From a virus, in IMG/VR virus record IMGVR_UViG_3300032144_000021, positions 1 through 45,936 of that record: DNA of 45,936 nucleotides. The stretch is one strand, 5' to 3'. Below the pieces are notes generated by a model. The model was given only the letters and a program-made list of their open reading frames with translations, was not told the origin of the DNA and did no database searches. Position numbers and translations under genes: made by a program. Shown in pieces: positions 31,992-40,169 of the stretch. The stretch's first letter is position 1, and every line of letters begins with the position of its first letter.

Positions 31992-32590
31992 CAAAGAGCC
32001 GGGGCATCAACCAGCCGCGGCACCGGTGGACGACGCGCGAAGTCGCGACGCTGCGCCGGCGCTATCCGCACGAGCGGACGGCAGACATTGCCCGCGACCT
32101 GGGCATCCGCCTGGCGATTGTGTTCGCGTGCGCCAATCGCATGGGCCTGCACAAGAGCGCTGCATTCCGGGCCAGCGAGAAAAGCGGCCGAATCTTCAAG
32201 GGCGGCAAACTCGGCCAGGCCACGCAGTTCAAGCCAGGCCAGGCGCCGGCGAACAAAGGCCTGCGCAGGCCTGGTTACTCGCTCGGCCGCGGCCGCATGC
32301 GAGAAACGCAGTTCAAGAAAGGCAGTCTCAGCGGCCGCGCTGCGCTGGTGGTAAAGCCGATCGGCGCCGAGCGCATCAGCCACCCCGGCGCCGGCTGGCC
32401 GGTCGGTCCCGCCGATGACGAGGCGCAGCTGACGCAGGCGAACGCGCTGCTGCACTGGCAGCGTGGTAGCTGGTACGCCGACGCGGGCCTGGGCGTGAAG
32501 GTCTACGAAAGTTCGCAGCGCGATTTCGTCGGGCCATCTGTGACGGGAACGGTGCGCGTAGGGCGCGAGTTCAAGCTGGTGAGGCCATGA
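31988..32590 (+). CDS. Protein with GcrA/Myb-like N-terminal HTH and F-K-x-G...NKG motifs, 200 aa
   Basis: [45 protein letters not shown], then [13 protein letters not shown] and TQFKKGS as in phage HNH-associated proteins. No H-N-H catalytic motif is present. Confidence 0.4.
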   Translation: MTKSRGINQPRHRWTTREVATLRRRYPHERTADIARDLGIRLAIVFACANRMGLHKSAAFRASEKSGRIFKGGKLGQATQFKPGQAPANKGLRRPGYSLGRGRMRETQFKKGSLSGRAALVVKPIGAERISHPGAGWPVGPADDEAQLTQANALLHWQRGSWYADAGLGVKVYESSQRDFVGPSVTGTVRVGREFKLVRP

Positions 32591-32745
32591 AAGAGCAACC
32601 AGCCTGGACGTGCCGCGTCTGTGGCCAGCTGAACTCTGGCTGGTCGAAGGAATGCGGCCGGTGCGAGAAGCCGCGGGATGGCACGAAGGACGCCATCCGC
32701 CTCGAAACGTGCACCTGCTGCGGCATCCGCTCAGCCAGTCGATGA
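32587..32745 (+). CDS. Zinc-ribbon protein, 52 aa (not in ORF track)
   Basis: My translation: [56 protein letters not shown] overlap with the upstream stop. The W-x-C-x2-C...C-x2-C pattern is like a RanBP2-type finger. Confidence 0.5.
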   Translation: MKEQPAWTCRVCGQLNSGWSKECGRCEKPRDGTKDAIRLETCTCCGIRSASR

Positions 32746-32782
32746 CCGTTTTAACCAAAGCTACCTGAATAGGACAAGGAAC

Positions 32783-33157
32783 ATGAAGAACTGGAGTGAC
32801 TGCACAAAGAGAGAGCGGATCGCGCGTTGGGAGAACGTACTGCGAGTCCTGCGCGCCCTCACGCCCCATGAGCGCAAGCAGCACTGGGACATGGGGACGT
32901 GGGGCCACAGGACCGAGTGCGGCACCGTCGCGTGCGCTGCCGGCCACTGTGGGATTGATCCGTGGTTCACCAAGCGCGGCTTCCAGACCTTCGAGGACAA
33001 GGACGACACCAGCTTCAAGTCCGGCATCTCGAACGATGTCAGAACGTTCTTCGGGCTCGATGGGGCCAATGAGATCTTCTACGACAGCAATCCGCGGCCA
33101 GTTGGCAAGGTTATCCGCGAAGTCCGCGCCTACATCAAGCAGCTCCAGGCGAAATGA
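32783..33157 (+). CDS. Hypothetical protein, 124 aa
   Basis: RBS AGGACAAGGA; lower-GC segment; MKNWSDCTKRERIARWENVLRVL... Confidence 0.55.
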   Translation: MKNWSDCTKRERIARWENVLRVLRALTPHERKQHWDMGTWGHRTECGTVACAAGHCGIDPWFTKRGFQTFEDKDDTSFKSGISNDVRTFFGLDGANEIFYDSNPRPVGKVIREVRAYIKQLQAK

Positions 33158-33185
33158 CGCTCCCTTAACTCAGAAGGAAAGTTTT

Positions 33186-33602
33186 ATGTCTCAGCCTGGA
33201 ATCGGAGCGATGCTGCACTACCTCAGCGGGGGCAGCGAGCACAACGCGAGCGAGTTTTACGGCCGCCGTATCGTGGCTGCTGCACTGAGCGGCAACGATC
33301 CCAATGGTATCGAATTGAAGTTCGACGACGGCACAGGCATCCGCGTCTGGGACAACGGCCAGTCCTGCTGTGAGCACCGCTATACCACCACGGACGACGA
33401 CCTGTCGAAGATCGTGGGCGGGGTGCTGCGCCGTATCGAGGCCAAGGACGCGCCTGATGTCAAAGACGAATACGGCGAGCACGAACAGGTGTTCGTTGAG
33501 ATTGGCACCGATGAATGCTTTGTGACGCTGGTCACTCACAACGAGCACAACGGCTATTACGGCGGCTTCGGGTTGACGATCGCCACGGACGTCACCCCGT
33601 GA
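33186..33602 (+). CDS. Hypothetical protein, 138 aa
   Basis: RBS AGAAGGAAAG; MSQPGIGAMLHYLSGGSEHNASEFYGRRIV... Confidence 0.55.
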   Translation: MSQPGIGAMLHYLSGGSEHNASEFYGRRIVAAALSGNDPNGIELKFDDGTGIRVWDNGQSCCEHRYTTTDDDLSKIVGGVLRRIEAKDAPDVKDEYGEHEQVFVEIGTDECFVTLVTHNEHNGYYGGFGLTIATDVTP

Positions 33603-33937
33603 CAAATACGGAAAGCCAGAACGAATTGGTCGCGTGGCGCCTGTCTCTGCTCCATAGCTGCGACTGGGAGTACCACCATGGCATGTGGGAGTGCCGCCGT
33701 GCGGTTGGTCGTGGCTTCCAGCCCGCCAGCAGGGCGGACGTGTGCGCCACGATCCGCGAACTGCTGACCGACAAGCACGGAAACATCCAGGTTCAGTATT
33801 CGAGCACTGGATATGTCGCCATTCGCCGTTGGACCGATGCCAGCCAGTGGAACGACTGCATCGGTGACGGACAGGGCGAGTTGGTAGCGCATATCGCGGC
33901 ATTCCTTGCCATGTTTCCGCTGGAGAAGACGGCATGA
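33599..33937 (+). CDS. Hypothetical protein, 112 aa
   Basis: GTGA overlap start. Confidence 0.5.
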   Translation: MTNTESQNELVAWRLSLLHSCDWEYHHGMWECRRAVGRGFQPASRADVCATIRELLTDKHGNIQVQYSSTGYVAIRRWTDASQWNDCIGDGQGELVAHIAAFLAMFPLEKTA

Positions 33938-34206
33938 CCACCCCCGCGCCTGTCGATATCAGCCCGGAGGCGGTGGAACACGCGGCACACGATTGCCTGC
34001 GTGACGAACTCCCCGGCTGCGCTGCCAAGCTCCGCGCCCTGAGAGCCGCCCTGACCGCCAGGGATGAACTGCTTCGAGATGCTGACACCGTGATCGAGGA
34101 TTGGACTGAATTGCTACGAGATGGCGGCTACCGCAGTTCGATCATCGACGGCGATGTGGTACGTGACCGCATCCGCGCCATCCTCGCCAAAGGAGAGACG
34201 AAGTGA
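33934..34206 (+). CDS. Hypothetical protein, 90 aa
   Basis: ATGA overlap start. Confidence 0.5.
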   Translation: MTTPAPVDISPEAVEHAAHDCLRDELPGCAAKLRALRAALTARDELLRDADTVIEDWTELLRDGGYRSSIIDGDVVRDRIRAILAKGETK

Positions 34207-34448
34207 GCCGCGCATACCCTCGCGTGCATTCGCGCAGCCAGATCAAGCCGGAAGGCTCAGGCGGACCTTGTGGCGCGACCGGATGCGCCGTTCCCGCCAG
34301 GTGGTCCGTGCGGGTGTCGTTCGACTGGTTCCGTGGCGAGGATGGATTCGTTCGATGCTGCGAGAAGCACTGCCAGATCAAGTCCATTTCGCCGGCCAGC
34401 GAGGTGAAGCAATTCTGCAAACAGTTCCCATCGGAGGCATGGAAATGA
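34203..34448 (+). CDS. Cys-rich hypothetical protein, 81 aa
   Basis: GTGA overlap start; contains CGATGC...CCEKHC. Confidence 0.45.
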   Translation: MSRAYPRVHSRSQIKPEGSGGPCGATGCAVPARWSVRVSFDWFRGEDGFVRCCEKHCQIKSISPASEVKQFCKQFPSEAWK

Positions 34449-34684
34449 GCACTACTCCGCCCCTGCAAAAGCCGGTTGCGCGCCCATGCACGAAGTGCGG
34501 CCAGGAGAAAGACCTCATCGAGTGCTGGAACTGCGGCGGCGAGGTCTATGTCGATCACGACTGCGGCGAGGATGTCTGTTGCTGCGCGTACCCGGAGGAC
34601 AACGTGGTCTGTGATATCTGCGCCGGCCGCGGCATGAATTTGGTCTGCACGAGCTGCTACCCGGAGGTACTGGACCATGGCTGA
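34445..34684 (+). CDS. Multi-CxxC zinc-finger protein, 79 aa
   Basis: CTKCGQ...CWNCGGEVYVDHDCGEDVCCC...CDICAGRG...CTSC. GGAGG lies 7 nt upstream of the ATG at 34445. Confidence 0.55.
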   Translation: MSTTPPLQKPVARPCTKCGQEKDLIECWNCGGEVYVDHDCGEDVCCCAYPEDNVVCDICAGRGMNLVCTSCYPEVLDHG

Positions 34685-34973
34685 TGCTTTACCACCTACA
34701 GACCCGGAAAGCCTGCTGCCCTGTCCGTTCTGCGGCGGCTCCGTGGAGCTTGAACTGTGCAACGACATGCACGGCAAGCCCGGCTTCCACATCGAATGCG
34801 GGCACTGCCATTTCGCCCTGTTCCAGCGCCCCCTGCACGGCGGCGACTTGAACGCCCAGCAGGGGCTGCGGAAGCGTTGGAACACGCGCTCATCCGGCGG
34901 GGCTTTCGGTGAGTGCATCTGTCCGACCTGCGGCATCCGTCATGGGACCACCAGCAAGGACGGTGGCTTCTGA
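34677..34973 (+). CDS. Lar-family restriction alleviation protein, 98 aa
   Basis: LLPCPFCGGSVEL...FHIECGHCHF...LRKRWNTR follows the Lar pattern (CPFCGG...C..C...WN.R). Confidence 0.5.
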   Translation: MADALPPTDPESLLPCPFCGGSVELELCNDMHGKPGFHIECGHCHFALFQRPLHGGDLNAQQGLRKRWNTRSSGGAFGECICPTCGIRHGTTSKDGGF

Positions 34974-35512
34974 TGCAGCTCACCCCAGAAATGCTGTCCG
35001 GTCTGGATGCCTACGACGTGACGTGGTTGCGGCGCACCGTCGCGAAAACGATTGTCGATGCCAATGGCTGCTGGGTATGGCAGGGCAAGTGCACTGACTG
35101 GTGGGGATACGGCAATACCTGCCATCGGTCGATAAAGACCAGACGCGCGCACAGGATCGTCTACCAGCTCGTCAACAAGGTGACGCTGGGCCGCTGGGAC
35201 TTCGTGTGCCATCGGTGTGACAACCCGCCCTGCGTGAATCCGGCTCATCTGTTCGTCGGCACCCCGCAGGACAACGCCAAGGACTGCAGCGCCAAGCAGC
35301 GCCTGCCCCAGCAGCAGGGCGACGCGTGCGTGCGCGGCCACCCATGGACTCCAGAGAATGTGCGGATTGACCCGCGCGGCCGGGGCACCTGCAAGACCTG
35401 CGAACGCCGCAAGAACCGCATCAGGACTGGCTGGCCAGAAGATCTGGCCGACCTGCCTGGGCGAGTCCCACTTGGTTACAAGCGGACCTATCTGCTGAAG
35501 GACAAGCCATGA
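34973..35512 (+). CDS. HNH homing endonuclease (second copy), 179 aa
   Basis: GCWVWQGKCTDWWGYG...RAHRIVYQLV...CHRCDNPPCVNPAHLFVGTPQDN. Confidence 0.8.
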   Translation: MQLTPEMLSGLDAYDVTWLRRTVAKTIVDANGCWVWQGKCTDWWGYGNTCHRSIKTRRAHRIVYQLVNKVTLGRWDFVCHRCDNPPCVNPAHLFVGTPQDNAKDCSAKQRLPQQQGDACVRGHPWTPENVRIDPRGRGTCKTCERRKNRIRTGWPEDLADLPGRVPLGYKRTYLLKDKP

Positions 35513-35886
35513 CCGATCAAAGCTCCGCTCCCGAGCCTTCGGCGGAGTATGTGATCGCGGACATGCCGGCCTTCACGGTCGACAAGTACGGCTCCCTGGG
35601 CGGCGCAATCAGCGCGGAACGCAACTGGCTGTTCGACCGGCTGAAGGCAGCAGAGAGACACATTGAAACGCTGCAGCGCCACGGATCATCCGGCGAACCG
35701 GGGGCTGCTCTCCCTGACCCCGCGACGGGAGTGAGCGATAAACGACAAGAATATCGATCAGACGAACTGGCGCTATTTGCCCTATCAGTCCTGACAAATC
35801 TTGCTGATGCCACTGCGGCTACCCATCCGGGTACTTACAAGCAGGCACAGGCGTATGCCGATGCGTGGCAAGGCCGCCAGAAATGA
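35509..35886 (+). CDS. Hypothetical protein, 125 aa
   Basis: ATGA overlap start. Confidence 0.5.
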   Translation: MTDQSSAPEPSAEYVIADMPAFTVDKYGSLGGAISAERNWLFDRLKAAERHIETLQRHGSSGEPGAALPDPATGVSDKRQEYRSDELALFALSVLTNLADATAATHPGTYKQAQAYADAWQGRQK

Positions 35887-36107
35887 CTCCGGAACAGAAA
35901 GTGCGCGAGCGCTACCCGCAGGCCGAGCTGATGCCAGCGAATGCTGGCGTGCACGACATCGTGACGCGCACCAGCGGCAAGCCGAGTCCTGGCTACCGGC
36001 ACTCGAAATGTCTTGGCGCTGGCTCAACGCCTGAACTCGCATGGGTAGACGCGGCCAAGCGAATACTGCGCCGCAAGTCACCGCTAACGAAGAGGGATGG
36101 CAAATGA
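35883..36107 (+). CDS. Hypothetical protein, 74 aa
   Basis: ATGA overlap at the internal ATG of the track ORF. Confidence 0.5.
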   Translation: MTPEQKVRERYPQAELMPANAGVHDIVTRTSGKPSPGYRHSKCLGAGSTPELAWVDAAKRILRRKSPLTKRDGK

Positions 36108-36421
36108 CCAGCGACACCCACAGAGTGATGCAAGACATCTCCTATGAGCGCCAGCGGCAAATGGTGATAGAGCACTGGACGCCGCAGCATGATGACGAAC
36201 ACGACCAGGGCGAAATGGCCGCAGCGGCTGCGTGTTACGCCATGCCGCCTAAGCGCCTCAGAAAGGCCGCAGGGTTCCCCATTCAATGGCCATGGGACCC
36301 GAAATGGTGGAAGCCGAAGGATCGCCGGCACGATCTAGTGCGCGCTGCCGCGCTGATCGTCGCAGAGATCGAGCGCATGGACCGCGCATCATCCCTGAAC
36401 GGGGAGGCTGACCGTGGCTGA
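36104..36421 (+). CDS. Hypothetical protein, 105 aa
   Basis: ATGA overlap; WTPQHDDEHDQGEMAAAAACY motif. Confidence 0.5.
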   Translation: MTSDTHRVMQDISYERQRQMVIEHWTPQHDDEHDQGEMAAAAACYAMPPKRLRKAAGFPIQWPWDPKWWKPKDRRHDLVRAAALIVAEIERMDRASSLNGEADRG

Positions 36422-36614
36422 TATCAATATCGTCAGCGAACCGTGCGCGTGCCCTCCCGGGCGATGCGCGCATTTCGTCGAGGACGACGCGCACTGCATC
36501 AATCGCCTGTCTGGCGACGTCCGCACGCTTCCATGCGCGGCCTGCGAGTCACACACATGGCATCAGGACGGCGAATGCCTGCGGTGCCGCCGGAGCGTGG
36601 AGAAGGGTCAATGA
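36414..36614 (+). CDS. Cys-rich hypothetical protein, 66 aa
   Basis: GTG start; CACPPGRC...CAAC...CLRC. Confidence 0.45.
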   Translation: MADINIVSEPCACPPGRCAHFVEDDAHCINRLSGDVRTLPCAACESHTWHQDGECLRCRRSVEKGQ

Positions 36615-36638
36615 AGAAGGAGAAGGGTCAATGAAGAA
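36599..36638. repeat. Perfect 2 x 20-bp tandem duplication of a gene junction (GGAGAAGGGTCAATGAAGAA)
   Basis: Read directly. It duplicates the RBS plus the TGA/ATG overlap and creates the mini-ORF MKKEKGQ*. Confidence 0.9.
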
Positions 36639-36852
36639 ACTGACGAAGGCGCAGCGTATCGAACGCGCCATCACCCGGGCGGAGGAAGCGGCAACCCAAC
36701 TGATCCATTCGGCCGAGAACTTCCAGGATCAGGCGAGCCGTGCCGATTGGGCGTGGCGCAGGAACCGCCTGCTGGAGAGTGCGCGCAGGTATGCATCTGC
36801 CATCCATGCCGTGTCTCGGGTACGCGCCCCGAGTCCAAGGGGTGACGTATGA
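36631..36852 (+). CDS. Hypothetical protein, 73 aa
   Basis: Starts at the second copy of the duplicated junction. Confidence 0.5.
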   Translation: MKKLTKAQRIERAITRAEEAATQLIHSAENFQDQASRADWAWRRNRLLESARRYASAIHAVSRVRAPSPRGDV

Positions 36853-37088
36853 AGGGCGTGTTCGTTATTACGCTTGGCGAGGCCATTGCATTGTGCGTGG
36901 TCGCCGCCGTGATTCTGGTCGCTATCTGCGTCGGAATCAGCAACGCACTGCATCAGTGGCTGTGTCCGCATACCGAGTTGACTCCACCGCGCACGGCGCT
37001 GGGCGCCCCGGGTGGCGGTTACGGATGGCAGTGCAAGAAGTGCCGCAAGGACTTTGGCTGGGGCACGCGCCCATCGGCGGGAGGATGA
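36849..37088 (+). CDS. Membrane-anchored protein with C-terminal CxxC, 79 aa
   Basis: VFVITLGEAIALCVVAAVILVAICVGI forms a TM segment; ATGA overlap. Confidence 0.5.
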   Translation: MKGVFVITLGEAIALCVVAAVILVAICVGISNALHQWLCPHTELTPPRTALGAPGGGYGWQCKKCRKDFGWGTRPSAGG

Positions 37089-37279
37089 CCATGAGCCATC
37101 CAGAAGGCATGAAGGATATCGAGTGTCACTGCGAGCGGTGCCAAGAACGAATGATGCGCATGCTCGGGATAGAAGTCACCGATGGCACCGCAGCGCGGCC
37201 TACATGCTCTCGCTGCGGTGGCTTTCTGCGCACGCAGTTGATTGGCACGCTCGTCTGTGATCGGTGCGGGCGTGGCTAG
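37085..37279 (+). CDS. Zinc-ribbon protein, 64 aa
   Basis: CHCERC...CSRCGG...CDRCG; ATGA overlap. Confidence 0.5.
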   Translation: MTMSHPEGMKDIECHCERCQERMMRMLGIEVTDGTAARPTCSRCGGFLRTQLIGTLVCDRCGRG

Positions 37280-37303
37280 TTCACCAGATAGCGGAGACGG
37301 CAA

Positions 37304-37642
37304 GTGACCATCGTTGCCCGCGCCCCCGGGCTGATCGCGTGCTCGTTCACGGACTGCGCCGGAAGCGGTGTGTACCGCGGAAAGACCTATTACTGGGAGT
37401 TCAGCGAGCGGTTCGGGCCGTTGTTTACGAACAAGGACGGGCGCGAACTCGATCCACAGCCGGGAATCCGGTCTCACGCATGGTCGGCATTCGAGGTCTG
37501 GCTGAAGGAACTCTACGGCGACAGGGTTGTGACTCGCGCAGATGAAGCCAGGATTGACGACAACCTACACCGGGCACGCTGCGCGAAGCTGCGAGGCGGC
37601 GTATGCACCTGCAAACCCTCCCTTGGAAGCGGTGACCAGTGA
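37304..37642 (+). CDS. Hypothetical protein, 112 aa
   Basis: GTG start with GGAG about 10 nt upstream. Confidence 0.5.
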   Translation: MTIVARAPGLIACSFTDCAGSGVYRGKTYYWEFSERFGPLFTNKDGRELDPQPGIRSHAWSAFEVWLKELYGDRVVTRADEARIDDNLHRARCAKLRGGVCTCKPSLGSGDQ

Positions 37643-37848
37643 ACGCCATTCCATCCGACTGGATGAAGATGGCGGTCATGTCGCCGCTGGCACTGCGGGT
37701 CAAGCGACTCGGCGTGTGTCCGAATTGCCACCAGAAAGCGCTCCGTGATCTGGGGCCGTTGGAAGGTGGATACACGGTGCATCAGTGCAGATCCTGCAAG
37801 CACGCATACCTGGATCAGTCAGCCCCGCCATCACCGGAGAAACAGTGA
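37639..37848 (+). CDS. Zinc-ribbon protein, 69 aa
   Basis: CPNCHQ...CRSCKH; GTGA overlap. Confidence 0.5.
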   Translation: MNAIPSDWMKMAVMSPLALRVKRLGVCPNCHQKALRDLGPLEGGYTVHQCRSCKHAYLDQSAPPSPEKQ

Positions 37849-38663
37849 CCACCGTCAATGATCTGATCGACCGCTACCGCGCCGAGGAAATGGGCCACCT
37901 GGCACCGAGGACGGCAAAGGATTACAGGCGCAACCTCGAGATCCTGTCGGCCAAGTTCGGCCACATGGACGCCAGCGCAGTGAAGCCGAAAGACATCGGC
38001 CAGTTTCTGGACGTGAAGCGCGGACGGATCCAACGCGGCAAGATCATCAGCGTCCTGTCGAGCATCTACAAACTGGCAGTCGGCAAGTGGTGGCTGGTCG
38101 AGGCGAACCCCTGCTCGTCCGTGCTTATGCCGAAGGGCAAGCCGCGCACGCGGTACGTGACCGATGCGGAGTTCGAGGCGGTGCGGTCCATCTGCTCCCC
38201 GCCCCTGCAAATTGCGATGGACCTGGCCCTGCTGACCGGCCAGCGGCAGGGCGACCTGGTAAACATGGGCTGGGACCAGATCGACGTGATAAACCGCCTC
38301 ATCATGGTGAAACAGAGCAAGACCGGGAAGGCACTCGCCATCCGCATTACGCCGGCAGTCGAGGCTGTGTTGGTGCGCGCGAAGCGCCTGCCGCCTGCAC
38401 TTCCTCGCCTGTACATCATCCGCACGCGCAAAGGCCACCCATTCACCGAAACCGGATTTCGCACGCTCTGGCAGCGGAAGATTCGCGAGGCGCTGGCTAA
38501 GGGCCTCATCACTTCGCGGTTCACGTTTCACGACATCAGGGCAAAGTCAGCGAGCGATAACTCCGACATCCACAAGGCCAGCGCCTTGCTGGGCCACCAG
38601 GATGTGAGGATGACCGTCTCGGTGTACGACCGCAGCGTGCGCGTCGTGGAGCCGCTGCGGTGA
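37845..38663 (+). CDS. Tyrosine recombinase (short, arm-domain-less integrase-family protein), 272 aa
   Basis: LLTGQRQGDL (Arg), HDIRAKSAS (H-x-x-R) and LLGHQDVRMTVSVYDR (His...Tyr) are present. The GTG at 37845 overlaps the upstream stop. Confidence 0.8.
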   Translation: MTTVNDLIDRYRAEEMGHLAPRTAKDYRRNLEILSAKFGHMDASAVKPKDIGQFLDVKRGRIQRGKIISVLSSIYKLAVGKWWLVEANPCSSVLMPKGKPRTRYVTDAEFEAVRSICSPPLQIAMDLALLTGQRQGDLVNMGWDQIDVINRLIMVKQSKTGKALAIRITPAVEAVLVRAKRLPPALPRLYIIRTRKGHPFTETGFRTLWQRKIREALAKGLITSRFTFHDIRAKSASDNSDIHKASALLGHQDVRMTVSVYDRSVRVVEPLR

Positions 38664-38953
38664 CCAACTGGGTCACCATCAAGAAGCTGGAAGACCTGAC
38701 GGGTTACACCGAGGACGCGGTGCGGGCGAAGATTTCCCAAGGGGTATGGCTGGAGGGTAAGGTATGGAAGCGGGCACCGGACGGAAAGCCGCTGATCAGC
38801 ATCAGGGGGTACGAGGAATGGGTAGAGGGCCGGGAGTCCGCGCCGCAAGCGCCTCGTCGATCCAGGTCGATTTCAGATTCGCCGGCGTCCGCTGCCGGGA
38901 AAAGCTCGCCCTCGCCCCCTCCCCCGCGAATCTCCGGTACGCCGCCAAGCTGA
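38660..38953 (+). CDS. xis: Excisionase-like protein, 97 aa (structured ~60 aa plus a tail that overlaps int)
   Basis: WVTIKKLEDLTGYTEDAVRAKISQGVWLEGKVWKRAPDGKPLISIRGYEEWVEG resembles DUF1233-type excisionases. GTGA overlap with the upstream recombinase. Confidence 0.6.
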   Translation: MTNWVTIKKLEDLTGYTEDAVRAKISQGVWLEGKVWKRAPDGKPLISIRGYEEWVEGRESAPQAPRRSRSISDSPASAAGKSSPSPPPPRISGTPPS

Positions 38954-39987
38954 AGGCGCGCATCGAGCACGAGATAGCGCTGGGCCAGTTCGACTATGCC
39001 CGGCACTTCCCGAACTCCCCGCGCGCGCGCCAGCTCGCGCGCCAGCGCGGCAGCCTCTACACCGTCGGCGAACTTCTCGGAACGTGGCTGGATCGCGCGG
39101 AGAAGACGCTGGAGCCGGAAACCTATGCCGACTATGCCGAGTACGTCCGCAACACCTGGCGGCCTACCTTCGGCGCCCTGCCGATCGGCGAGCTGACGCT
39201 GGCGAAGGTGAACGACTGGATTGCGGCACAGAACACCAGCCGCAAGCGCATGCTGAACCAGCTGACGCCGTTGCGGCAGACCCTGCGCATGGCCGTGGCC
39301 GAAGAAATCATCGACGCGGATCCGCTGGCGAATCTGCAGGTGCAGCGGCCGGACCGCATCGTCGAAGACCTGATCGACCCATTCACGCCGGCGGAAGTTG
39401 CCGCGGTCGTGGCAAAGCTGGATGACCAGGTAGCGAACCTCGGGCAGTTCTGGGCATGGACCGGATTGCGGCCTGGCGAACTGCTGGCGCTGACCTGGCC
39501 GGACGTGGACCTCGAGCGCGGGACGGTGCGCATCAGCAAGGCGCTACGCGGGACGCGCCTGAAGGCGCCGAAGACGAAGGCAGGCAATCGCACGCTGCGG
39601 CTGATCCAGCCCGCCCTGGACGCCCTGAAGCGCCAGCAGCAGCATACTCGGCTGATGGGGCGCAGCGTGTTCCTGAACCCGCTGTGGCGGCCACAGAAGG
39701 GCGCACGTTGGCACGCTGGCCAGACAGGGCCATGGAGCGAGAAGACGCTGCGCAACGCCTGGGAAGCCGCGTGCGCCGCGGCCGGCGTGAGATACAGGCC
39801 GCCCCGTCAGCTGCGCCACACGTTCGCCAGCTGGACGCTGTCGGCCGGCGAGTCGGTCATATGGGTGGCGAGGATGATGGGCCATCGCGACCCGTCGATC
39901 ACGCAGCGCGTCTATGCGCGGTTCATCCCGGACGTCTTCCCGGACGCCGGCGCGCGGACGCTTGCCGCCGTCAGTAAGGCATGTTGA
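38818..39987 (+). CDS. int: Lambda-type integrase with an N-terminal arm-binding domain (DUF3596-like), 389 aa
   Basis: SIQVDFRFAGVRCREKLALAPSPANLRYAAKLKARIEHEIALGQFDYARHFPNS, then TGLRPGELLAL, LRHTFASW and MMGHRDPSITQRVYARF. The start is taken at ATG 38818. Confidence 0.9.
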   Translation: MGRGPGVRAASASSIQVDFRFAGVRCREKLALAPSPANLRYAAKLKARIEHEIALGQFDYARHFPNSPRARQLARQRGSLYTVGELLGTWLDRAEKTLEPETYADYAEYVRNTWRPTFGALPIGELTLAKVNDWIAAQNTSRKRMLNQLTPLRQTLRMAVAEEIIDADPLANLQVQRPDRIVEDLIDPFTPAEVAAVVAKLDDQVANLGQFWAWTGLRPGELLALTWPDVDLERGTVRISKALRGTRLKAPKTKAGNRTLRLIQPALDALKRQQQHTRLMGRSVFLNPLWRPQKGARWHAGQTGPWSEKTLRNAWEAACAAAGVRYRPPRQLRHTFASWTLSAGESVIWVARMMGHRDPSITQRVYARFIPDVFPDAGARTLAAVSKAC

Positions 39988-40168
39988 GGGCACGCGCGGC
40001 CGAATAGGCCCGAAGAATCAGCGTCCGGCGCTGTTGCGATTCCCCCCGCCTCCACCATTACTACCCCATGCCATGCCTGAGAAATCAGGTACTTGGCACG
40101 GGGTGAATTCCACCCGTATGTGTGGATTCGTGTGGGTATGTGCCGGTTAAGGCACGATGAGGGCACGC
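39975..40168 (+). other. Candidate attP: tRNA 3'-end-like core flanked by 21-bp direct repeats
   Basis: TAAGGCATGTTGAGGGCACGC (39975-39995) and TAAGGCACGATGAGGGCACGC (40148-40168) match at 19/21. Between them, CGATTCCCCCCGCCTCCACCA (40037-40057) looks like a T-loop/T-stem/acceptor/CCA end. Confidence 0.4.
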
Positions 40169-40169
40169 C

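Noticed and set aside
31988-32590. Frameshifted HNH endonuclease pseudogene
   Set aside because: The N-terminal two thirds resemble HNH-associated proteins, but the other two forward frames are closed by stops right after 32350-32410. There is therefore no displaced HNH motif to recover, and it was left as an intact ORF of unknown function.
31691-32947. 418-aa minus-strand ORF, plus similar long ORFs at 20655-22052(+), 41322-42764(+), 2243-3478(+), 28381-29355(-), 43883-44914(+), 705-1668(+) and 14559-15653 upstream part
   Set aside because: They have Arg/Pro/Ala/Gly-rich, low-complexity translations typical of antisense or off-frame shadows in high-GC DNA. Each overlaps a gene with clear homology or clean composition on the other strand or frame, and they lack RBSs and coupling.
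40030-40057. Possible tRNA gene
   Set aside because: Only the T-loop/3' T-stem/acceptor/CCA part is present. There is no complementary 5' T-stem, anticodon arm or 5' acceptor strand upstream. It was interpreted as the attP core instead.
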